Below are positions 9,749 to 18,191 of a stretch of DNA of 64,000 nucleotides, piece by piece; the stretch's first letter is position 1, and each line of letters opens with the position of its first letter. The stretch comes from Terriglobia bacterium (GTDB lineage Bacteria > Acidobacteriota > Terriglobia > 20CM-2-55-15): the NCBI GenBank assembly GCA_965198225.1, contig CBDAOY010000007.1, positions 990,045-1,054,044 of the forward strand, written 5' to 3'. The position numbers and the translations under genes were made by a program. The notes under the pieces are model-generated. The model was not told where the DNA came from and did no database searches. It saw only the letters and a list, made by a program, of their open reading frames with translations.

Positions 9749-10246
9749 GGCTCGTTTTAGTTACAAGTAGGCCGTTGTCCGTTATTGTGGCAAATGACTC
9801 GTAGCCGTAAGCTGATCGCTGATGGCCAACTGACCGCCGGCCGGCTGCAGGCCATAGCTATCACCGGCCGCATCGCCGCCACGTGCCACAACAACGGCCT
9901 ACGGATAACGACCTACATCACTCCCACCAACTCATCCTGGCCGGGGACCCGGCGGTGAAGGCAGTCCAGAATATGTAATCGTCGTGTCGCATGGTCCGTT
10001 TCGTTACAAGTAGGCCGTTATCCGTAGGCCGTTATTGTGGTAAATGACTCGTGGCCGGAAGCTGATCGCTGATGGCCGACTTACCCGCCGGCCGGCGGCA
10101 GTCTGGCCACGAGCTATCATCGACCGCTTAGCTGGGACGTGCCACAACAACGGCCTACGGATAACGGCCTACGGCCGCGTCAGCGGCCCAACGGCCTACG
10201 GATAACGACTCACGGCCGCGCCAGCGGCCCAACGGCCTACGCTCAA
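9698..10246. repeat. Two tandem ~245-bp units, each containing a ~150-165-bp palindromic element with ~33-bp GTAGGCCGTTATCCGTAGGCCGTT-type arms, plus two extra 41-bp partial units
   Basis: Unit 1 starts at 9698 and unit 2 at 9943 (GGGGACCC..). The arms are at 9767..9792/9884..9916 and 10010..10042/10140..10172. Unit 1 includes the kinase start codon. Unit 2 carries a diverged decoy copy (MRHDDYIFWTAFTAGSP.. versus MRHEERIFWIAFTAGVPG..). Confidence 0.75.
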
Positions 10247-11617
10247 TCACAACTCGTATCTTTGTATCCGCCTGTACAACGCGCTCCGGCTCAACCCCAG
10301 GGCCTTCGCCGCCTGGCTGACGTTGTTGTCGTACCGCGCGAGAGCCTTGCGGATCAGGAACGCTTCGACCTCCTCCAGGCTCATGTCTTCGACCCGGCCC
10401 GCGGTTTCACGGCCATCGTGCAGACCCAGATCGGCCGAGGTGATCATCTCTCCCTGCGCCATCAGGACGGCCCGCTCGATGGCATGGTCCAGTTCACGAA
10501 CGTTACCCGGCCACGGGTGGTCGACGAGGATCGGCAGTGCTGACGGATCGATACCACGAACCGGCTTGCGATACCGTTTTGCGTAGGTGTTCAAGAAGTG
10601 GATCGCCAGTGGCCGTATATCGTCGCGACGGTCTTTGAGGGAGGGCAGGCGAATCTCGATCGTATTCAGTCGAAACAGCAGGTCCGGGCGGAATCGTCCT
10701 TCGGCAGCTTCCTTGACCAGGTTCGCGTTCGTGGCCGACAGGACACGCACGTTCACGTTGCGTGTCTTGGACGAGCCGACGCGTTCCAACTCCCCGGATT
10801 CCAGGACGCGCAGCAGTTTGGCTTGCTGGGTCAGCGGAACGTTGGCGATCTCGTCGAGAAAGAGCGTTCCGCCGTTGGCCAGCTCAAAGCGCCCGACGCG
10901 GTCGGTCTTGGCATCGGTAAAAGCGCCTTTCACGTGTCCGAACAACTCGCTTTCGAAAACACCTTCCGCAAGTCCGCCGACGTTCACCGTGACCATGGTG
11001 TTCGACGCGCGTTCCGACAGCGCGTGGATGGTGCGTGCGACCACTTCCTTGCCGGTTCCGTGTTCACCTGTGATCAGCACGTTGGCGTCGGAGGGCGCAA
11101 TCCGTGTCATCAACTGGAGCACGGGTTGCATCGTAGCGGACTCGGCGATGAAGCTCGGCCGTCCCTCCGCGCGCAGCAATCGGTTCTCCGCTTCGAGTCG
11201 CTGCTCGTTCCGCAACGTTCGGCAGAGTTCGATCTGCGTGCGCACGATCGCCAGGAGGCGGGGGTTTTCCCACGGCTTCTGGATGAAATCCCGGGCCCCA
11301 CGACGCATTGCCTCGACGGCCAGCTCGATCGTACCCCAGGCCGTCATCACGACCACGGGCAGAGTGCTGTCGATGGTGCTGATTTTGGTCAGCAGGTCGA
11401 GTCCCTCCTGCCCGGAGGTGGTGTCCCTGGCGTAATTGAGATCCACGATCGCGACGTCGAAATCGCGCGCTTCGATCGCACTGAGGATACCCGACGGCGT
11501 CGTCGCGGCCTCGGTTCGATACCCTTCAGCCTTCAACAGAAGCCGCAGGGCCTCGAGGACGTCGGACTGATCATCCGCAATCAAGACCTGGGCCGGGGAA
11601 GCGCTTCGGTTTCTCAT
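10247..11617 (-). CDS. Sigma-54-dependent two-component response regulator (REC + AAA+ + Fis-type HTH)
   Basis: REC domain VLIADDQSDV..DVAIVDLNY. Walker A GEHGTGKE. ESELFGHVKGAFTDA (GAFTGA-type loop). C-terminal HTH AAKALGLSRSALYRRIQRY. Confidence 0.92.
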   Translation of the reverse strand: MRNRSASPAQVLIADDQSDVLEALRLLLKAEGYRTEAATTPSGILSAIEARDFDVAIVDLNYARDTTSGQEGLDLLTKISTIDSTLPVVVMTAWGTIELAVEAMRRGARDFIQKPWENPRLLAIVRTQIELCRTLRNEQRLEAENRLLRAEGRPSFIAESATMQPVLQLMTRIAPSDANVLITGEHGTGKEVVARTIHALSERASNTMVTVNVGGLAEGVFESELFGHVKGAFTDAKTDRVGRFELANGGTLFLDEIANVPLTQQAKLLRVLESGELERVGSSKTRNVNVRVLSATNANLVKEAAEGRFRPDLLFRLNTIEIRLPSLKDRRDDIRPLAIHFLNTYAKRYRKPVRGIDPSALPILVDHPWPGNVRELDHAIERAVLMAQGEMITSADLGLHDGRETAGRVEDMSLEEVEAFLIRKALARYDNNVSQAAKALGLSRSALYRRIQRYEL

Positions 11618-11763
11618 GGTGTCAATCAGGTGATCCTTAAGGTTTCCCGTTTCGGTCGTCGCACGGTGGCTTCCTTTTGTTTAGATTGTATCTCATTGAT
11701 AAGAATGTCCTTAAACTTTCCGGGAGGGAGGGTGCGTCGAGTGGGGTGTTCAGCGACGACAAC

Positions 11764-11785
11764 GGGTGTTCGAAAACGAACACCC
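11764..11785. promoter_or_regulatory. Perfect palindrome GGGTGTTCG-AAAA-CGAACACCC
   Basis: 9-bp arms, lying about 150-170 bp upstream of the response regulator start. It is paired with a second site 35 bp away. Confidence 0.4.
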
Positions 11786-11798
11786 GATCTCGCGTTCT

Positions 11799-11818
11799 CG
11801 TGTTCGAACCCGAACACG
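11799..11818. promoter_or_regulatory. Perfect palindrome CGTGTTCG-AACC-CGAACACG
   Basis: It has the same GTGTTCG-N4-CGAACAC core as 11764..11785. Confidence 0.4.
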
Positions 11819-11873
11819 CTTTGTCTTTAAGGTTGAGAGCCCAATGCAGCAAGATCGGACCGGGCCAGCAGCC

Positions 11874-12536
11874 CTAATCCCGGACCCACCCGTCGAAGAG
11901 CTGGATGATCCGATCGCCGCAGGCCGCGTTGGACTCGGAGTGAGTGACCTGTATGATAGTCGCCCCTTCGTCGTTCAGTTTCTTGAACAGCTCCATGATT
12001 TCGCGGCCCTGGCTGGAGTGCAGGTTGCCAGTTGGCTCGTCGGCGAGGATAACCTTCGGATCGGCGATCACGGCGCGCGCAACGGCGACGAGTTGCTGTT
12101 GACCGCCTGAGAGCTGGTTCGGGAAGAGGTCCTTCTTGCCGACCATCTGAAAACGGTCGAGCGCGTCGGCGACGATGGCCTGGCGTTCGCTACGTTTGAT
12201 GTTCCGGTAGGAGAGGGGAATGTCCAGGTTCTCGGCCACCGTCAGGCTGTCGAGCAGATGGTACTGCTGGAACACGAAGCCGATGTATTGCTTGTTCAGC
12301 TCGACTCGCTGCTTGGGTTTCATGCGGTGGACGGCGTTTTCCAGGAAGAAGAACTCTCCCTGCCAGGAACTGTCGAGCATGCCGAGTATCGCCAGGATCG
12401 TGGACTTGCCGGCCCCGGACGGTCCCATGACCGTCACGAACTCCCCTTGCTTGATGTCCAGATTGATCCGGCGCAGGACGTATGTTCGCCCGGCGCGCGT
12501 GTCGTAGAACTTTTCGAGATTTCGCAGTTGAATCAT
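11874..12536 (-). CDS. ABC transporter ATP-binding protein (MacB/LolD-type ATPase, no fused permease)
   Basis: Walker A GPSGAGKST, signature LSGGQQQLVAVARA, Walker B ILADEPTGNL. 220 aa, ATPase domain only. Confidence 0.9.
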   Translation of the reverse strand: MIQLRNLEKFYDTRAGRTYVLRRINLDIKQGEFVTVMGPSGAGKSTILAILGMLDSSWQGEFFFLENAVHRMKPKQRVELNKQYIGFVFQQYHLLDSLTVAENLDIPLSYRNIKRSERQAIVADALDRFQMVGKKDLFPNQLSGGQQQLVAVARAVIADPKVILADEPTGNLHSSQGREIMELFKKLNDEGATIIQVTHSESNAACGDRIIQLFDGWVRD

Positions 12537-12549
12537 TCAGGGGGCGAAC

Positions 12550-13251
12550 CTACTCGCCCGCACCGATGCTTTCTTCGACGATGGCGCCGTCGAAGAGGTG
12601 GATTTCCCGTTCCGCGTAGCGCGCATACCGCGGGTCGTGCGTCACCATGCAGATCGTCGCGCCTTCCCGGTGGAGGCCGCGCATCAGATCCATGACCGCT
12701 TCACCGTTCTTGGAATCGAGGTTTCCAGTCGGCTCATCCGCCAGCAGGATCGAGGGTGTTCCACCCAAGGCGCGAGCCACCGCGACCCGCTGCTGCTGAC
12801 CACCCGACAACTGCGACGGGTAGTGCTTCATCCGGTGGGCCATCTCGACCTTGTCGAGCGCTTCCTGGACGGCCTTCTTCCGTTCGCTCGAGGGCATCCC
12901 GCGGTAGGTCAGAGGCAGTTCCACGTTTTCATAAACGGTGAGGTCGCCGATGAGGTTGAACGCCTGGAAGATGAAACCGACCTCCCGGTTTCGGATCCGC
13001 GCTCTCTCCGACAGAGACAGGTCAGCGACGGCTTTTCCGCTGAGCCAGTATTCGCCTTCTGTGGGCGAATCCAACAGACCCAGGATCGAAAGCAGCGTCG
13101 ATTTACCACAACCCGACGGGCCGGAAATCGACACGTACTCGCCCTTGTTGATGTTCAGGTGAATCCCCGCCAGCGCGTGAGTCTCCACTTCGTCGGTGTA
13201 GAAGATCTTTTTCACATCCTCCATCTGAATTACCGCTTGCTGCTCTGTCAT
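12550..13251 (-). CDS. ABC transporter ATP-binding protein (MacB/LolD-type ATPase, no fused permease)
   Basis: Walker A GPSGCGKST, signature LSGGQQQRVAVARAL, Walker B LLADEPTGNLD. 233 aa. Confidence 0.9.
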   Translation of the reverse strand: MTEQQAVIQMEDVKKIFYTDEVETHALAGIHLNINKGEYVSISGPSGCGKSTLLSILGLLDSPTEGEYWLSGKAVADLSLSERARIRNREVGFIFQAFNLIGDLTVYENVELPLTYRGMPSSERKKAVQEALDKVEMAHRMKHYPSQLSGGQQQRVAVARALGGTPSILLADEPTGNLDSKNGEAVMDLMRGLHREGATICMVTHDPRYARYAEREIHLFDGAIVEESIGAGE

Positions 13252-13309
13252 TCTTCTCTCCTGCGCTCAATGATGATTTCGATTCTTGTGACGCAACCCT
13301 TTTCTCTGA

Positions 13310-14560
13310 TCAATTCAGTTGGACGCGATCGAACGCATCCCAGGCAGACATGTCGGAGAGGATCACTTCGTCTCCAACGTTGAGCCCCTGGACGATCTCC
13401 ATCGTGCTTACCGACGTCCGGCCCAGCCGGACCTGTGTCCGGACGGCTTCACCGTCAATGCCGAGCCTGAAGATCCCAACCAGGCTGTTTGCCTGTCCGT
13501 ACGCCGGCCGTCCGACGTAGAGGACATCTTCCAGGCGTTCGATCTCGACCGTGCCATCGACACTCAAGTCCGGGCGGGCTCCGCGGGGCAACTCCCCGTC
13601 GAGCCTGACGTCCACTTTGACCGTTCCGTTCAGCACCGCCGGGTCGATCCGGATCACCGTGCCGGGGATGACCCCGTTCCGGGTGTCGATGGAGGCAAAC
13701 TGCCCGACCTGGATGTCCTTGGCCTGAGTCTCTGCGATGTTCAGTTCGGCTTTGAGCTTTCCGGGTTCGGCCACTCGCGCGATCCGGCTGCCCGGCGAGA
13801 GGCGGTCACCGACCTCGATCGGAACCTGTTGCAGCACGCCGTGGATTCCGGCACGTACCCTCAGTTTTTCCAGCTCAGTCAGCCGGAGCTCGTATAGAGC
13901 ATTCAACTGTTCGATGCGGGCTTCCTGCGCTGCCAGCTGAGCTTCGGCGGCCTGCGAAGCGATTTCCAACCGCTGCCCCTCCAGCTTGAGCCGTTCGCTG
14001 AGCTGCTCGGCGTCGACGCGCGACTTGTTCAAGTTCAGTTCCGCGATCAAGCCCTCTTTTGCCAGCTCGGCATCGGCTTCATATTGCAGCCTGGCGCTGT
14101 TGGCCTGGCCTTCGATTGCAGCGGCCCCGGCCCGCTGGGTCAGCAGGTTGCTCTGAAGCTGGACCCGCAGGTTGGCCAGTTCGGCCTCAGCGACGCGGAT
14201 CTGGAGCGCGACGTCCAGCGTGGTCTGTTCCAGGTCGGGGTTGCTCAGCTCAACCACAACCGTCGCCGGGTCGACCGTGACGCCCGGCAGGACGACGATT
14301 CGTTCCACGAGTCCTTCCGTCGTGGCGGCGATCCACCGAATTTCCTCGGGCACGAGTTTGCCGAGTCCCCGAACCTGGCGGAGCATCTCACCTCGTTCCA
14401 CGGTGTCGATGTACACGGTCGCGCGATCGACCCGTGGCGCCGCCGGCTTCAATCGGGACAGACCCAGGGTGATGCCGGAACCGACAAGGATCACCAGCGT
14501 TCCATAGACGATGCGCTTGATCCGCTTCTTTCTGGCTTGAGATGGGCGGGGTTTATCCAT
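13310..14560 (-). CDS. HlyD/MacA-family periplasmic adaptor (membrane fusion protein)
   Basis: N-terminal TM anchor, long coiled-coil hairpin (LQIRVAEAELANLRVQLQ..AQLAAQEARIEQL), and barrel-sandwich/beta-barrel C-terminus. A GGAGG Shine-Dalgarno precedes the ATG. Confidence 0.85.
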   Translation of the reverse strand: MDKPRPSQARKKRIKRIVYGTLVILVGSGITLGLSRLKPAAPRVDRATVYIDTVERGEMLRQVRGLGKLVPEEIRWIAATTEGLVERIVVLPGVTVDPATVVVELSNPDLEQTTLDVALQIRVAEAELANLRVQLQSNLLTQRAGAAAIEGQANSARLQYEADAELAKEGLIAELNLNKSRVDAEQLSERLKLEGQRLEIASQAAEAQLAAQEARIEQLNALYELRLTELEKLRVRAGIHGVLQQVPIEVGDRLSPGSRIARVAEPGKLKAELNIAETQAKDIQVGQFASIDTRNGVIPGTVIRIDPAVLNGTVKVDVRLDGELPRGARPDLSVDGTVEIERLEDVLYVGRPAYGQANSLVGIFRLGIDGEAVRTQVRLGRTSVSTMEIVQGLNVGDEVILSDMSAWDAFDRVQLN

Positions 14561-14723
14561 AAGTCCTCCGATGGTGGATATGCGAATCGCGTTCCAGTCT
14601 GCTGTTTCTGTTAAGTCTATCTGTTTTCATCACTTCCACTTCGTCGAATCCACTAAACCAGGACGCAAGGTGTTCGCTTCTGGGATTGCATTCAGCGAAA
14701 GCGAACGTGTTCACAACCTCGTC

Positions 14724-16436
14724 CTACTGCTGTCCAGCCACTCCCCGGGTTTGCACACTCGCCAGCGAGGGGCGTAACTGCTGCTCGATCTGGATATTGT
14801 TCCGTTCTAGCGTCCGACCCACGGCGCGGTCATAGGACACCACGGCCTTGACGTAATCGACGAGGGACCGGATTTCGGTCGTTTGCGCCTGGGTCAGGTT
14901 CCGCTGCTCCTGCAGCACGAAACGGATCGCCGATGCACCCAATCGGAATTTTCGCTGTTCGGCATCCAGGCGCCGCTCGGCCAGTTCCCTGGCGATCTGC
15001 GCCGCATCGATCCGGGCACGGTTCATCTCGATCTGGTTGTAGGCGTCCCGGACCTCGGTGGCGATCGCCTGCGCGGTTGCGGCCATACGCGATTCGTTGA
15101 GCCGCTTTTGGGTGGTCAACCGCGAATGGTTGGCCTTAGCCGACTTGTTGCTCAACGGAATCTGGAGCGAGAAGCCTACGGAGTAGCCAGTGAAGTCGAA
15201 GCCAAAGATGTCTTCGAACGCACCGCCGATTCCGCCGGGGACCTGTATCACCGAACCCGTGGGTTCTCCGAACACGTTGCCGCGAAGATTCCTCGTTCCG
15301 CCCAATCCGCTCTGAGTGTAGGATGCGCTGACATCCAACTGCGGCAGCAGCTGATTCTTAGCGAACGCGAGGTCGATATCGTTGTTCTGGACCTGCAGGT
15401 CGATCTGTCGCATTTCGGGCCGATTCAGCAGCGCCAGCCGAATCGCCTCCTCGACCGGCAGGATCTGGTCCTCGCGGCGTCCGCGGACATCTTCGATCGG
15501 ATTCAGCGACATCAGGACCAGAGCGGGATCGGGAACCCGGCTGACCATCTTCTTGATGCTGTCCTCGATCCGGGTTTTGGAGTAGTTCGCCAGAACCAGC
15601 CCCTCGCGACGGCTGGCCACCTCCGATTCCGCCTGAACGACTTCGATCGGTGCAAGGGTACCGATCTCGACCTGCTTGCGGTTGTCGTCGAGCGTACGCT
15701 GGGCCAGTTGCAGGGACTCTTGCTGGACCTTGATATCCTCCAGTGAGAAGACGAGGTCCCAGTAGAGGTTGTGAGCCTGGGTTACGAGGTCCATGACCTG
15801 CATTTCAAATTGAATCTCGGAAATATTCAGATTGTTCCGGGCGATCCGAATCTGGTTGGTGTTGTTGAGCCGGCCGAAGTTCCTCAACAGCGGCTGCGAG
15901 AACGAGTACTGCAGGCTGCCGAAGTAGGAGGGGTTTACCGAACTGAACAGGCTGTTGGTCGAACTTCGGTTCATCTGGAACCGCACCTGGTACGACGTTC
16001 CATGTTCGAGGAAGTGGTTGTACGTCACGGCGTAGTTTCCGCCCAGCCTCGAATTGGATGCCGCACCGTCCAGCGCGGATCCTGACGGCGTCGTGTTGCG
16101 GTTTATGTTGCCCGACAGCGTGAGCGTCGGATCAAACCGCCCGTAAAGCGTGTTGATCAGGTATTCCGTGGTCAACGGCGAAAAACGGTTCACACCGATG
16201 TCCATGTTGTTTTCCAGCATGAGCCGGATGACATCGTTCACCGAGAGAGGCAGGCCGCCATCCTGCTGGACCATTGCAACCAGCGATGCCGGTGGCGCGT
16301 CGGTTGTTTCCAGGGCAGCCAGACCGATTTGCGGCGGCCGGTACCGATCCAGGAAACCGGTCACCCAGTTCTGTGCGGAGGCGGTGGAACCCAGCAGCAG
16401 TACCCAGAGGGCGACCAAAGTCACATATTTTTTCAT
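14724..16436 (-). CDS. TolC-family outer membrane efflux protein
   Basis: Signal peptide MKKYVTLVALWVLLLGSTASAQ, reached from the ATG at 16436 that is preceded by AGGAG. It has two OEP-type repeat halves. The track ORF starts 15 codons earlier, at 16481. Confidence 0.85.
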   Translation of the reverse strand: MKKYVTLVALWVLLLGSTASAQNWVTGFLDRYRPPQIGLAALETTDAPPASLVAMVQQDGGLPLSVNDVIRLMLENNMDIGVNRFSPLTTEYLINTLYGRFDPTLTLSGNINRNTTPSGSALDGAASNSRLGGNYAVTYNHFLEHGTSYQVRFQMNRSSTNSLFSSVNPSYFGSLQYSFSQPLLRNFGRLNNTNQIRIARNNLNISEIQFEMQVMDLVTQAHNLYWDLVFSLEDIKVQQESLQLAQRTLDDNRKQVEIGTLAPIEVVQAESEVASRREGLVLANYSKTRIEDSIKKMVSRVPDPALVLMSLNPIEDVRGRREDQILPVEEAIRLALLNRPEMRQIDLQVQNNDIDLAFAKNQLLPQLDVSASYTQSGLGGTRNLRGNVFGEPTGSVIQVPGGIGGAFEDIFGFDFTGYSVGFSLQIPLSNKSAKANHSRLTTQKRLNESRMAATAQAIATEVRDAYNQIEMNRARIDAAQIARELAERRLDAEQRKFRLGASAIRFVLQEQRNLTQAQTTEIRSLVDYVKAVVSYDRAVGRTLERNNIQIEQQLRPSLASVQTRGVAGQQ

Positions 16437-16589
16437 TGAGATACTCCTAGGAACTCGTGCAATAAGGTGCGTCTTAATCAATCATCAAGCTCTTACGCCG
16501 CGGACGGGCGATCCGTTACGTCCGGAGGGCCTATTTAAAAGAAGTTAACAACATTCGCGACCGAATTCCACTGCCCCGGGGGTTTCTCC

Positions 16590-17387
16590 CTACAGGCCAC
16601 TGGACCGGCGCAGCCGGATCGCTCCGTTCACTGTCTTGAGGCGGAGATCCCGTCCGCCGTTTCCGATCGTCCCGTTCAGCCGTCGGCTTCCGAAGCGTCC
16701 CGACACGGTCATCGGGAAATCGCTGGAAATTCCGCCGTTCAGAGTTTCGGCCCGGACGTCTGCGTTGGTGTTGTCTGGGAGTTCAACCGTGATGCGACCG
16801 TTGACGGTTTCGAAAGTCAGGTCGTCCTGCCAGTCGCTCCGTCCCATCGAAACATCGATCGATCCGTTCACGGTCTTTGCCTGAACCAGCCCGGTGGCCG
16901 ATACCTCGACCTGGCCGTTTACGGTGTAGGCCTCGACGTCACCGTCGATCGAGTTGGCCTCGACACCGCCGTTCACGTTGCGTCCGATGAAACGTACACC
17001 CGCCGGAACCCGGACCGTGAAGTCCACTTCCACATCGTTGTCGTGCGTGTTCATGCGGCCGTCTGTGCCGGGTCTGCAATCGTTGGCTCGATCAGAGTTC
17101 CGACTCGGGTATACCGCGCAGATCGTGACGCCGTCGTCGTGCTCTATCGTCTCGATCTGGACAGAGTCGACGTCGCTACGGCGCGAGCTCTTGTTTGCGA
17201 CGACCTGCACCTGATTGCCCGATGCGGATGACGCTTCGACCTTACCGTTGATACCTTTGATTTCGATCGCTTTGCCGGCTGCGATCGTTCCTTCCCATTC
17301 GAAGCGTTCCTGTGCGAACGCGGATGGAATGCCGATGGTGGTGGCCATTCCCAGGACCAGGGCGGTTCGAGTCAGTGTCTGGTACAT
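16590..17387 (-). CDS. DUF4097-type beta-strand repeat protein (secreted)
   Basis: Repeated (V/L)NGxIxV motifs (VNGSIDV, VNGRITV, VNGAIRL). Signal peptide MYQTLTRTALVLGMATTIGIPSAFAQ from the ATG at 17387, preceded by AAGGAGAG. It is a paralog of 37490..38305. Confidence 0.7.
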   Translation of the reverse strand: MYQTLTRTALVLGMATTIGIPSAFAQERFEWEGTIAAGKAIEIKGINGKVEASSASGNQVQVVANKSSRRSDVDSVQIETIEHDDGVTICAVYPSRNSDRANDCRPGTDGRMNTHDNDVEVDFTVRVPAGVRFIGRNVNGGVEANSIDGDVEAYTVNGQVEVSATGLVQAKTVNGSIDVSMGRSDWQDDLTFETVNGRITVELPDNTNADVRAETLNGGISSDFPMTVSGRFGSRRLNGTIGNGGRDLRLKTVNGAIRLRRSSGL

Positions 17388-17705
17388 TTCTCTCTCCTTC
17401 ACGATATTGAGTGCACTTACGGGCAGGGTTACCCGAATGTTCAATACCGTCCACCAGTCCATCGGTTACGCCCGGTTCGGGATTCGCGAGTGCGATCGGT
17501 CGCAAATCGTCGTCCGGTCGCCTGCATGCTCGCATGCGCATCTCCCGTTCCATCGTTCCGATTCACGTAATTCGTTGAAAGCAATACGGCAATGGTTCAC
17601 CCGCGGGTGATGCCCCGCTGTCCCCGTGCCCGTCTGTGGGACGGCCGGTCCGAAAACGAACAGTGGAGTCGAGCAGGGCTGAATTCAGTCTGACGGACGC
17701 GGCGT

Positions 17706-18170
17706 TTACCGGCGCTCGCGAAAAAAGCGCTGCAGGAGATCCCTACATTCGACCCCGCGGACCCCTCCGAGCACTTCAATGCGGTGGTTCAGTCTCGCGT
17801 CGCGGGGCAGGTCGTAGAGCGATCCTGCCGCCCCCGCCTTGGGGTCGGACGCCCCGAACACGAGGCGATCGATCCGGGCGTGCGTCATCGCTCCGGCGCA
17901 CATCGGGCAGGGCTCCAACGTCACATAAAGGATCGTGCGTGCGAGCCGATAGTTGTCCAGCCGGTCGGACGCTTCGCGTATGGCGTTGATTTCGGCATGA
18001 GCCGTAGGATCTTTCAAACCTATCGGACAGTTGCGACCGCGTCCGACGACCTCTCCATCACGAACCACGATGGCGCCGATCGGGACTTCCCCGGCGTTCC
18101 CGGCTTCTTCGGCGAGCCCGAGTGCCAGTCCCATGAAATAGGGGTCATCGGATTGTCGGTCTGGAGGCAT
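17706..18170 (-). CDS. tadA: tRNA-specific adenosine deaminase
   Basis: HAEINAIREA and PCPMCAGA zinc-binding motifs; 154 aa. Confidence 0.9.
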   Translation of the reverse strand: MPPDRQSDDPYFMGLALGLAEEAGNAGEVPIGAIVVRDGEVVGRGRNCPIGLKDPTAHAEINAIREASDRLDNYRLARTILYVTLEPCPMCAGAMTHARIDRLVFGASDPKAGAAGSLYDLPRDARLNHRIEVLGGVRGVECRDLLQRFFRERR

Positions 18171-18191
18171 GATTGCAGTAGAATCTAATCA

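Noticed and set aside
9749-10246. Repeat-rich intergenic blocks, checked as possible CRISPR arrays (also 27672..29999 and 32133..32400)
   Set aside because: There is no regular repeat-spacer alternation with unique spacers. The repeats are direct-plus-inverted hairpin elements or long tandem units, and no cas genes are nearby.
11655-11680. Possible sigma-54 promoter (GG-N10-GC spacing) upstream of the response regulator. I also searched upstream of the TolC gene (16437..16589) and the giant protein gene (8005..8422).
   Set aside because: Only the invariant GG/GC dinucleotides fit here. The flanks AGGAAG/GTGCG are far from TGGCAC/TTGCA. The best TolC-upstream candidate has CG instead of GG and the wrong spacing. 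No convincing -24/-12 element was found.
16595-16606. 11-nt match (TACAGGCCACT) to the MITE-like terminus at the 3' end of the DUF4097 gene
   Set aside because: The match does not extend into the rest of the terminal repeat and lies in coding sequence. I treat it as chance, unlike the 19-nt solo end at 23283..23301.
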